From NCBI GenBank assembly GCA_000004985.1, contig GG738870.1: a stretch of DNA of 64,000 nt. One strand, given 5' to 3'. Origin of the DNA: Naegleria gruberi. Taxonomy: Eukaryota. The translations under genes were made by a program, and so were the position numbers. Positions 48,101 to 57,886 of this stretch are shown piece after piece (the first letter of the stretch is position 1; the number at the start of each line of letters is the position of its first letter). The notes below the pieces were generated by a model. It searched no databases and was not told where the DNA came from. It saw only the letters and a program-made list of their open reading frames with translations.

Positions 48101-49171
48101 ATGATTCAGTGTTTGCAACCCATCAAGGTTTTGAAAAAAATGTTTAACAGACACATCAAATCTATTGTTAAACTGAGAATTTTTACTGGTAAATTGGGAT
48201 CAAATTCATTAACCCTTCCAAACATGGTACACATGATGGAGAGAAGGAATTTTCACACTTGTTTTTCATCACAATCCACCACAATAACTCCACAACAATT
48301 TCATGAGAAGGAATCCGAAGAGCAACAACTCATCATTAAACTCAAGATGGCTAAATCAAAAGGTGGAGCTGCTCTCAACAAGAAGGAGGTGAATTTATTT
48401 GTGGAATTGAAATTAAACATTAATGATCTAGGTAAACTAAAGAAGGAAATTGATCAAGTGGAATTTCAAAAAGCAATTGAAAAATTTAATAGAAAAATTG
48501 TTGAAAAATCAAAACATATGGATGAGAGGATGAATGAAAAGATTGACATGACACAATTTTCAATCAAATTGGGAGAATTTGTTATTCAAAAGAATGTCAA
48601 GAAAAGTAATGTTGTTGAATTTCCAATCAACTTTGAGAATTTTCAAGATTGGAATAAGAAGAGAACTCTTTTATTGATGAAAACTCCAACTTTAAGAGAT
48701 GGAGCTGGTTTAACAACAAAAGAAATTCAATTCCTCAAACAATTCCATTTTGATGGAAAGGTTCTCCAGTCCATTGTGAAACATATAGAAAAGAAACCCA
48801 ATAATATGAATTTTGATCGAGTGTTGTATAATAACTTATCAAAGGCAAAAATCAAACCAACTGTTAAAACAGTTACTAAAATATTAAGCTGGATTGAAGC
48901 TCACTTGATTGGGGTTGATCTAAACAAGAGAAAACACACAATAGGGCGTAAGAAAGAACAATCAGTTTCAAGAAATATTGAGGAAAAAAGAAGAGAAAAC
49001 ACAAGCTTGCTTGAGGAATATGAAACTGAATTGGAAGAATTGCAAGAATCCATTGAAAATCACCTTCTTTCAGAAGATGAATCTTCTCACTTGAGAAAAC
49101 TTTTGAAAGAAAAGGAAGAGCTTATCTCAGAATTGAAAGAAACCCTGAAAGAGTTGGCTGAAAAATATTGA
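48101..49171 (+). CDS. Hypothetical 356-aa Lys/Glu-rich helical protein
   Basis: ATG-initiated intact ORF. Confidence 0.45.
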   Translation: MIQCLQPIKVLKKMFNRHIKSIVKLRIFTGKLGSNSLTLPNMVHMMERRNFHTCFSSQSTTITPQQFHEKESEEQQLIIKLKMAKSKGGAALNKKEVNLFVELKLNINDLGKLKKEIDQVEFQKAIEKFNRKIVEKSKHMDERMNEKIDMTQFSIKLGEFVIQKNVKKSNVVEFPINFENFQDWNKKRTLLLMKTPTLRDGAGLTTKEIQFLKQFHFDGKVLQSIVKHIEKKPNNMNFDRVLYNNLSKAKIKPTVKTVTKILSWIEAHLIGVDLNKRKHTIGRKKEQSVSRNIEEKRRENTSLLEEYETELEELQESIENHLLSEDESSHLRKLLKEKEELISELKETLKELAEKY

Positions 49172-49369
49172 AATTGACTTGAATATTGAACTCGAAAATG
49201 AATTTGACGCCGAAGAAAGTATTTTCTCAGGTGATGGTGATGATGGTTCGTTTTTTGATGGTTTCTTAGACTAAGCCAACTATGCAATTTTGAAGTAATC
49301 AATTTTCATTGTAAAACATTCAATTTCAAAAAAGAGTTTCAATTTGATAAAAAAAATTAAGAAAAAAAA

Positions 49370-50446
49370 ATGAATCAATTACCACAAGAGATAATTGGTC
49401 ATGTTTTTGATTTTCTTGATAGGAATGATTTGTATGCCATGCTGAAGTGTTATCCAGGATTTGTATCTAATTGTTGTCATCATATTCGATTCAAATTGAT
49501 GTATAATTTTATTTCCGAATTGGAATATGATAATAGTCATCAGCCAACATTCAAGTCTAAACGAAAGAAGCGCACTCGTATCAGACACAGACATTTTAGG
49601 AGAGGAGAAGAATATTGGGAAAATTCGAAAAAATTCACACCACGACAAACTTTAATGATTTTTTATCCAAAGAAGAGCCTGAAAGTTCTATTCGAAACTG
49701 TTGGGCCATATTTATTGAGCAAGATCAATAATTGGAAACCATTTGTGGAGAGAGATGAAAAAATGATTAAGAAGTTTTATTATCATTTTTATAATATCAA
49801 GCTTTCATTAGAATTATTCGAATCTAGAATTTGTAATTCAACTATTTATTGTAGGACTTCGTTTAGTTCAAAATCCCTGGAAACTTGCTTGGATATTACC
49901 AAAATTTACAAAACAAGATTACTCAAGTTAAATACCATTATAGCCACTGAGCATTTGGAGAATTTAAGGAATGAATTCTATGCAGCATACACCAAATTAG
50001 TGAAAGAATATAAGGTCAATAATGAATTTTTGGAGGTTTGGAATGAGAAATTTAAATTGACCAACAATATTCTGAGCTATTCGAAATCAGTCCAAAATTC
50101 AAAGAAAGCCATTTCATTTATTATTACAACTCTGTGGACTACCCATGATAATATGTTAGATTTTCTACCCCTCCTTAGAGGTTTGGATAGAACCAATAGC
50201 TCTAAACGTACAGATGCTTCGAGAATCCTTCTTGACATATGCGCCTCCAAAACAACCATTAGTGTTAACTCAGATCAGCATCTGAAAAGAATTCAAAATC
50301 TATTGGAATGTTGCTCCTACTTTAAGCACTCAATTTCTGAATTCAAAACATTGTTGGAACGATTTTTTGATAAGATGGTGGTTGTGCCAGAAATGAAAGA
50401 AGAATTGAACTCTCTTAAAACTCGAGTATTTAATAAATATGAATAA
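49370..50446 (+). CDS. F-box domain protein, 358 aa
   Basis: N-terminal LPQEIIGHVFDFLDRNDLYAMLKCYPGF fits the F-box. Confidence 0.5.
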   Translation: MNQLPQEIIGHVFDFLDRNDLYAMLKCYPGFVSNCCHHIRFKLMYNFISELEYDNSHQPTFKSKRKKRTRIRHRHFRRGEEYWENSKKFTPRQTLMIFYPKKSLKVLFETVGPYLLSKINNWKPFVERDEKMIKKFYYHFYNIKLSLELFESRICNSTIYCRTSFSSKSLETCLDITKIYKTRLLKLNTIIATEHLENLRNEFYAAYTKLVKEYKVNNEFLEVWNEKFKLTNNILSYSKSVQNSKKAISFIITTLWTTHDNMLDFLPLLRGLDRTNSSKRTDASRILLDICASKTTISVNSDQHLKRIQNLLECCSYFKHSISEFKTLLERFFDKMVVVPEMKEELNSLKTRVFNKYE

Positions 50447-50778
50447 CAACTTGAAAGATTTATTAAATAAAAAAATGTCTGTTAATACTACACCTAGATT
50501 TGGATTCAATGCCATTGTTTGCGTCTTTTCATGCTTTCTTTATTATTCAGTGTGGTTACTAGTGACAGTATGTACTACAACTTGTTCCGATTATTGAAAA
50601 TTTCTTACACAACAACAAGCCATTTATTCACAAGGATCAAGAGTGGTTTCTTCAATTCTTTCCGAAGAGAGAATATGCAATCATGTCTATTGCAATATTA
50701 GGTCTTACAATATTATTTGGATTGAGTATAATAATCGGAATAATGATGATCAAGAAATCAATTAAATCATCATAACAA

Positions 50779-51399
50779 TTACAATTTAATGTTTAATTTC
50801 TCCTTGACAAATAATTTTAATTCATCGAATGTTATTGTTTGATGAATTCCTGCATTATTATTTACAAAATGGCACATTTCAACAATTTGATCCTCAACTA
50901 AATTCTCTCCCAATGTTCTAGAGAAAAAGTGAGATATTTCTGCCTTTCCGATTGTTCCCGATTGATTAGCATCCAACAAGTTGAAAATTTCCTTCAAATA
51001 TAAATCATGAATTTCCTCTTTGGTTAATCTATTCTCATCAAGGAATCTAGTATTAATACATTTAATAAAAGTTGGAAAATCTACTTTAATCTTTTCAACT
51101 TTTCTTTCGTTACTTTCATTATTCAAAGCTTCAACCATACTTTCAGGTGAGAAAAATTGAACTAAATCCATCAATTCTTCAATATCCATCACAACTCCGA
51201 TATTTGATCGAATTAAACTGTGCATATCCTTCAATGAAACTTTATTTTCCTTCGCATACATTTGAAACATGACTAATAATTCTTGCTCTTGTTCTTTAGA
51301 TAATGAATGATTTAACGAATTCTTTAATTTATCCATCAACAAGCTTGTAATATCTTCTTGATTTGATGCTGTTCCGATCTGTTGTTGTTGTTGATTCAT
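50779..51399 (-). CDS. EF-hand-containing protein, 206 aa
   Basis: Canonical 12-residue loop DANQSGTIGKAE and a Gln-rich N-terminus. Confidence 0.5.
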   Translation of the reverse strand: MNQQQQQIGTASNQEDITSLLMDKLKNSLNHSLSKEQEQELLVMFQMYAKENKVSLKDMHSLIRSNIGVVMDIEELMDLVQFFSPESMVEALNNESNERKVEKIKVDFPTFIKCINTRFLDENRLTKEEIHDLYLKEIFNLLDANQSGTIGKAEISHFFSRTLGENLVEDQIVEMCHFVNNNAGIHQTITFDELKLFVKEKLNIKL

Positions 51400-51505
51400 T
51401 TTTTATAATTAATTAATAATAAAAATAATTTCAACAATTAAGAATTTGAAATGATGAGAACATTAGAATGATTTACAAATTGAAGAGTGAATAATTGTAA
51501 CTTCC

Positions 51506-52362
51506 TTAATACATCCACTGTTTTTCACAAACACCAGAGATATCTGTATAAGTGTACTAAACGTGAGAAAAAAACAATAATAAATAATTTATTTTGCCCA
51601 ATGCTTTTCAGGTGTCTTTTTCAATTATTAAGGGTTGTAACAAATCAAAACATGAAACTTACCTTTCCCATTTCTTCTAGTTTCTTATTGTGTTCCTCAA
51701 ACATTTTGTGATAGTGTGGTTTAAGTAATTCTGGAATTTCCATTGGCTAGTAGTTTTGAATTGATTCAATATATTATTCCAAGTCCAATACTTCATCAAA
51801 TACTAACCTCATTAAACCAATGGTGTTCTTCCTCATTTAAAATCTTTTGAACTTCCAAATTAATTCTGTTTGCTTTTGTTCCGTATGAAAAATCAGCTGT
51901 GAAAATTCAAACAAATCATAAGAAATTAACAACTAATTAAAACTGGATCCAAAAACATACTCAAATAGGCCATCCAAAAAGGAACCACCAACATTGGAAT
52001 ATAATTTAATGGCAGAGGATCAAATTGCCTTATCCGTATCATTCTTCCAACAGCAACAGTTGCCATCAATGAATAAAATCCTACACAATATTTTGCATTC
52101 ATTCCGAATTAAATAATATGATAAATTAAAAACACAAATAATTATTATCATTGTGGTGAATATTCCATCATGTAATTTCCATACCTCCGAGCCACCATAC
52201 ACGATCCCTCATTGTTGCCATACGTGTGGCAATTTCAAAATCTCTTCTCCTTTTCAGTGTCTTGAGTTTTAGTAATTGTTGTTGAATGGCTGCATCACGT
52301 TGTTTATCTTCAATTTGTTTGAGAATCGGAGTGGTGAAATATCCAACGATTGATTGACCCAT
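51506..52362 (-). CDS. Small membrane protein of the PLGRKT / DUF2368 (UPF0389) type, 5 exons (~52362-52185, 52080-51961, 51896-51808, 51746-51663, 51556-51506)
   Basis: Only exon 1 is in the ORF track. Four GT...AG introns (104, 64, 61, 106 nt) give MGQSIVGYFTTPILKQIEDKQ...RDRVWWLG|GFYSLMATVAVGRMIRIRQFDPLPLNYIPMLVVPFWMAYL|TDFSYGTKANRINLEVQKILNEEEHHWFNE|PMEIPELL...EEMGK|YTYTDISGVCEKQWMY*. The layout (N-terminal helix, two TM segments, YxxDxxYG) resembles plasminogen receptor KT. Confidence 0.45.
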
Positions 52363-52518
52363 TTTTTAATTAATCTCAATTCAACACTGGAGATGAATTC
52401 CAGTAGCGAAATGGAACAATATTAGGTTTCTGATTAGTAGTAGGTGAAATGGTTAATAATATGATATAACAAACTCATTGTTTGCACATATATTCCTTTA
52501 TTTATAATAACATATGAA

Positions 52519-52588
52519 AGGGAGATAGTTCAGTGGTAGAACATGGGATTGTGGTTTTAAGATCAGGGTCCGATTCCCTGTCTTCCTA
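52519..52588 (+). tRNA. tRNA-like Pol III gene with an atypical anticodon arm (possible tRNA-His GUG-like loop or a pseudogene), followed by a T6 terminator
   Basis: Acceptor AGGGAGA/TCTTCCT (one G-U), D-arm GTTC-AGTGGTA-GAAC, T-arm CAGGG-TCCGATT-CCCTG, then T6 at 52593-52598. The 20-nt segment between the D and T arms (TGGGATTGTGGTTTTAAGAT) does not form a canonical 5-bp anticodon stem. Confidence 0.4.
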
Positions 52589-52725
52589 CACCTTTTTTAA
52601 CACAGCTTTTTTGCTTCTTTACACAAGTGTAGTTTTTTGTCCTTTTTTTAAGTTTATTCTAAATGGTTTTTTGCCTTAATTCTAAGATTAATTTAGTTGG
52701 GTTTATTATTAATAAATAATTGATT

Positions 52726-53301
52726 TTATTGACATTTAGTTTCTTCTTCAACCAAAACAATGTGATAACCGTGTTCTGTCTTGAAGATCTTACTGACTTC
52801 ACCTACAGGAGTATTGAAAGCAACCTCACTGAAAGGTCCAACCATTTTAGTTCTTCCGAACCAGCCTATATGATTAGTAATTGTTGAAATGGATCATAAT
52901 TATTTGCATACTTACCAAGATTACCACCCTTGTTCTTTGATGAACAATCAGAGTATTGTTCAGCAAGTTTACCAAATTCAGAAGATGGAACTTTAACATC
53001 TCTTGAGAGCCATCCTTCTTGAAGCTATATTAAATTATTATTATTAATATTTGATCATCAAATTATTATTCCGCATTCATCAATATGATATTGTCACAAA
53101 TAAATTCAACAAATCCGAGAAATTTACCTTCTTCATGACTTCTTCAGCCTTGCCCATCTTTTCGCACAAAATATGACGAGCTTGGACTTCCTTTACGGTA
53201 CCAAGTTTGTCGTCCTTTCCAGAGCTCTTGTCGTTTCCTCCTTTCTTTGCTCCTCCCTTGTCTCCTCCTTTCTTATTGTCAGCAGCCTTCTTTGGTGGCA
53301 T
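52726..53301 (-). CDS. PIN4: Parvulin-type peptidyl-prolyl isomerase PIN4/Par14, 3 exons (~53301-53128, 53024-52916, 52865-52726)
   Basis: MPPKKAADNKKGGDKGGAKKGG...VQARHILCEKMGKAEEVMKK|LQEGW...FGKLAEQYSDCSSKNKGGNL|GWFGRTKMVGPFSEVAFNTPVG...EHGYHIVLVEE is collinear with Par14. Introns are 103 and 50 nt. Confidence 0.8.
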
Positions 53302-53505
53302 TTTGAATTTTTTTTAATTTATTTTTATTAATAAATTGAATTAAACAATGGCTTTCTAAGATTTACCAATGATTGGAAAATGACTTCAGTTGATCATCAA
53401 TTAATAAATCGGCAGTTAGGTTTTATTATTTTCGGTTCGATTGGTCTTGGTTGAATGGAATCAAACAAATGTTCTTAAAATAAATAATTACCAATTCCGA
53501 AAAAA

Positions 53506-53916
53506 ATGATGTACTCCCCTGTTGCTGCCTACGAGCAAGATTTCAAACAATATGAAATTCCTGAAAAGCCATCAAAATTAACAACACAATACATTAAACA
53601 ATTAGTTAACATCAAGGATGAAATGGAAAAGGAAATTTTACATTTAAATCTTTCATTGGATAAGTTAGGGGTTGGATTAAAAGGATCTCTTCTTGATAAA
53701 GATGGTTTCCCAAGATCGGATATGGATTTAAATGATGTTGCTTCAAAGAGACATAGAATTGCTTGTTTGCAAAATGATTTTTCATCACTAATGGATACAA
53801 TTCAAAATTATTTATTTGAATTACATGAAGAAACAAGAGCAAATAATCCAAATTCTCAGGTAATTGATATTAAACCATTTGACGTTGAGAGTTTATACAA
53901 TGAAGATGAATTGTAA
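53506..53916 (+). CDS. Nas2/PSMD9 (proteasome assembly chaperone p27) N-terminal-domain protein lacking the PDZ domain, 136 aa
   Basis: LLDKDGFPRSDMDLNDVASKRHRIACLQNDFSSLMDTIQNYLFELH parallels PSMD9 [46 protein letters not shown]. The ORF stops at 53916 and no PDZ-coding exon is visible before the next gene. Confidence 0.55.
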   Translation: MMYSPVAAYEQDFKQYEIPEKPSKLTTQYIKQLVNIKDEMEKEILHLNLSLDKLGVGLKGSLLDKDGFPRSDMDLNDVASKRHRIACLQNDFSSLMDTIQNYLFELHEETRANNPNSQVIDIKPFDVESLYNEDEL

Positions 53917-54231
53917 TATGTTATTATATTAGAAAGTACAATAGTTCAGATTGTTAAATTATAATTTTCATGAACATTAATTGCTAAGGTTGTATTGTTG
54001 GTAAACTGACTTTCCTGTCTCTTTTAACCATAAGGTCACATCACTGACAAGTGATTGATATAAATTTTCAATTCCATCATTAAAAAAAATCCTTCAAAAA
54101 ACCAACACCTGTTTCATCATTACTTTTTGTTGCTGATCATCAAACCTTGTCGACAACAAACAAATAATTGAAACATTTATCTTCTCGCTAGAACACTGAA
54201 TTGGAATAACAATTTTTTGAGGAAGGAAAAT

Positions 54232-55146
54232 ATGAAAACTTTTAACCGCCCAAATTTTGTAGTGTTTGCCTTGTTGTTGGCCGTTATTTTGGTTTCAACT
54301 TGTGTTTTGGAAATTTACGGAAAAAAACAATCACAACTGGCTCATACCTTTGATACTCAATTTGAAAAGATTTTAAAGTCGGATTTGAGTGGTCTTTCCT
54401 ATGCCGAACAACAAAAAGCTCTCCAAGAGCAAATGAAATCAATTAGCAAACTTACTAAAAATCAATCTGATTTGAAAGTTGCTTGGCAATCATTGGATTC
54501 TGTGGAGGCTAAAATTAAAAAGGAATATATGGAAAATAACAAGAAGGTTATTGTTGCTCATGCAAAGGTTTCAAAGGCTTGCAAACTTGTTCAATATTAT
54601 AAGAATTTGTTGAAGAAATTGCAAATTGAAATTGTCAAGATTAAACTTACCATCAAGAAGACTAAATTGACTAAATCATATCTCAAACTCATCAAAAAGT
54701 ACAAACTTGAAATGAAGAAGGCTTATGAAATTTACATTTCCATTGTTAAGGTATACAGAGAAATCTATAAGGAATACCTTATTTCCAAGAAGGAAATGTC
54801 CAAGCAAATTTCTACCATCAAGATGCAATTGAAGATAATCAAGATTATGAAGCAAAAATTGTACTCTACTCAAAGTTTGGAAATTGAAATTACCAAGTTG
54901 GTTGAAGATTGGGAACACATCATTCATGAAGAAGAAATTGAATACATCCATGAAAAGGAAAAGTGTCATTGTCCAGTTGAGTATAGGCCAGTTTGTGGTG
55001 TTAATGGTCTCACTTATGGAAGTGCTTGTACTGCAAGATGTGCTGATGTTTCTATTCACTATTATGGGGTATGTAAATGTATTCCACAAGAAGTTATTGT
55101 CGTTAAGGAATCTTCCTTGACCTCAGCTATTTCTTCAAGTCAATAA
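54232..55146 (+). CDS. Signal-anchored Lys-rich coiled-coil protein with a C-terminal Kazal-type domain, ~304 aa
   Basis: CHCPVEYRPVCGVNGLTYGSACTARCADVSIHYYGVCKC matches the Kazal pattern (C...PVCG..G.TY...C...C......G.C). Hydrophobic N-terminus FVVFALLLAVILVST. First ATG is at 54232; the ORF-track start is TTG. Confidence 0.6.
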   Translation: MKTFNRPNFVVFALLLAVILVSTCVLEIYGKKQSQLAHTFDTQFEKILKSDLSGLSYAEQQKALQEQMKSISKLTKNQSDLKVAWQSLDSVEAKIKKEYMENNKKVIVAHAKVSKACKLVQYYKNLLKKLQIEIVKIKLTIKKTKLTKSYLKLIKKYKLEMKKAYEIYISIVKVYREIYKEYLISKKEMSKQISTIKMQLKIIKIMKQKLYSTQSLEIEITKLVEDWEHIIHEEEIEYIHEKEKCHCPVEYRPVCGVNGLTYGSACTARCADVSIHYYGVCKCIPQEVIVVKESSLTSAISSSQ

Positions 55147-55611
55147 ACATGTTGTTTAGTGAATCGGCAATAATCTTATTTGAAAGGTTTAAACAAATAT
55201 TGTACTGCCTAGGTATAATGGTTATGGAATCAACCACGATCCATTTACAAATACTTTCATAACCTTGGTATATTCTTGACAATGCACTCTTCAATTAAAT
55301 TAGTAACTCTATGTAATGAAAGATCAAGAAGATAAAAAGAACAATAAGAGATAATCTCTAGAAATGTGAAATACTCATTGACTCATTGACGTTGTAATCT
55401 AAATGGTTAGGTCCACAATCCAGACCTCAAGACAGAGATGTTCTAGTTATGTTACAACATTAACATATCCTTGTGACACATTCAAGATTAAAGTCATGAT
55501 TGTGTGAATCAGTATTTGAGAAAATTTGATCCTAGTAATATTATTGAGTGCTACTACTGGTGTACATTATAATTTAACAAAGTACATGATAATTTACTTG
55601 AATGTGAATAA

Positions 55612-57440
55612 TTAAACTGAAATACTGCTTTCGGCATAGTGAGTAACTGTTTGATCAGTGTCCAAATCTTCAACAAGTCCTTCGAAATTCTTCTTGGTTT
55701 TTTCCAGAGAAAATTCCTTGATTGTTCCATCTCTTGTTGCAACGTAGAGAACATTGTTGGTCTTTCCTCTACATATACTAGTGAATGGCTTTCTAACTTT
55801 CAATACCTATATTATAATTTCCACAAGTTTCGAATAGTTCAGCACCAAATTGAAATATTAACATGGATCATAATAATTAAATCATTGAATAGTTCAATGT
55901 CTACTACTTACACAAACGGTCTTTCCGTGTTTCAAATCCCAAATTCTGACTTCATTGTCATCACCTCCACTAACTAGAATTCTTCCTTTAACCATAATGT
56001 TCTTAATTTTAGTAGAGTGACCTTTCAATTCTCTCTTGAATTCATCACCTTCATCGACACGATACTCTCTAATAATACCATCCCATGAAGCAGTGATTAG
56101 ATGGGTTCCACCTAGTCCATCAATATTCTTTGCAACAGCAATACGACAAACACAATCCTTGGCTTCTTCCATAACTTTCATGCATTTACCAGTTGTGCAA
56201 TTCCATTTTCTAACAGTCCTATCTTGACTACAACTATACATGTGAAATCCATCTTCCATAACTACGAAATCCCATACCCATGATGTGTGTCCTGCAAAGG
56301 TCAATAAAAGTGTACCATCTTCAGTATTCCATTTACGAATGGTTTTATCAGCACTTGAACTGTAAATGTAATCATTTTTAACAGCAATACCAGTTACAAT
56401 ATCTGTGTGTCCTCTAAAAGTTTGTAAACATTCACCAGTTTCAGCATCCCATTTACGAATATCATTATCAAAAGATCCACTATATAAGTGTTTCTTTCCG
56501 TGCAATGTCAATGATGAAATTGTTTTAGTGTGACCTTTAAAGAAATGAAGAATGACTTGACGTTCAGCTGCCCATGATCTTATATCACCATCATCTGATC
56601 CTGTATAAATAACACCTTCAGGTGATGTAATCATCGCAGAAATAAACTTTCCATGTCCTTTAAAGACAAAGAGACATGATCCACTTGGATCCCTATTATT
56701 ATTACAAATTATTATTATTATTATTACAATTGATTGTTATAATTGATTGTTATAATTGATTGTTATAATTGATTGTTATTAAATTGTTATCAGCAATTGA
56801 GTTGGTTACATTGTTAATAATGGATTGTTTTAAAAAAGTGTGTTTGTTGGTTAATAGTAGTAGTATATTAGTTGTATTGGTAGTAGTAGTAGTAGTAGTG
56901 TTAATAACATTCATTATTTTGTTTACAAGTTTGGAAAGTCATATTCAAAGTAGTAATAAATTAATATTATTGTAATCGTTATGAATAATGTCAAATTGAA
57001 CACAAGTTTGTTGTTATTATTGTTTGATGAGTAATTCATCATCATCATTATTCGATAGTGGTAGAATAACAATATTTCATCATCATCAAAATTAATTGAT
57101 ACAAAAAAGAACAGATGAAGAATAGGATGTTGTTGTTGTTATACGAAAGTAATTATCACATCATCGTGATGAAACCCATCATCATCATTGTATTTTCCAT
57201 AGAAAAAGGAATGGTAACAAATAGATGAAATATACACAGATTAAATTATAAGAACTAAACAATATTCGAAACAACAACATACCATTGTCTGAGAGTCGCA
57301 TCATGAGAACCAGAATAAAGCTTTCCATTGAAATATTGAAGTGTGGAAATACTCTTGGCATGTCCAGTAAATTCCTTGCTAGACTCCAACTCATCAGGTG
57401 TTGTACTCTGATCATTGTCAAATGTCAATATATTGATCAT
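55612..57440 (-). CDS. WD40-repeat protein (7 repeats), 3 exons (~57440-57283, 56692-55912, 55806-55612) with a ~590-nt first intron
   Basis: FTGHAKSISTLQY...SGSHDATLRQ|WDPSGSCLFVFKGHGKFISAMITSPEG...: every repeat has the GH...D...WD/WN pattern. The last exon (VLKVRKPFTSICRGKTNNVLYVATRDG...) follows a 105-nt intron. Confidence 0.8.
56693..57282. repeat. Microsatellite / minisatellite-rich long intron
   Basis: 13-bp unit aattgattgttat x4 at ~56727-56778; (tta)n ~56700-56720; (tag)5 ~56879-56897; (cat)n at ~57040, 57070 and 57175; (tgt)4 ~57132. Confidence 0.85.
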
Positions 57441-57886
57441 TGGCAGATTAAATTCACAAATAAATGTTTAAATGACATTTTGATGATAAATTTTATCGAT
57501 AATACAACAACACGTACATTTTGTCCCATTTTTTAAATGTTTTAAAGTGGTACAACCGAAAGACTACTTGTCAATACAGTGAAAAAATTCCATTTATCTT
57601 CCGACCCATCACTACATCAACATTAAAAATTTCAACATCAATTTCATTAAAATTGGATAGTCTATTTTACTCCTTAGAATGAGTACTCAGTGTGTGTGCT
57701 TATTCAGAATTGATTAATAAGATTTTATTAATAATTTTAATGTTACTCATTTACGCAATTTGTAACTAATGTCACAACTTTGAATGGTTCATGAGCATTC
57801 TTTTAGACTATTATTTTGGCTAGATCAGTAATCTTAAATCTTGTTAATTTCAAAAATTTCAAATTAAAAATAAAAATTAATTCAAT

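Noticed and set aside
56700-57250. Box C/D snoRNA search in the long WD40 intron and the PDHB intron (ATGATGA-like boxes present)
   Set aside because: The C-box-like strings are parts of (CAT)n microsatellites. No properly spaced CUGA D box or terminal stem.
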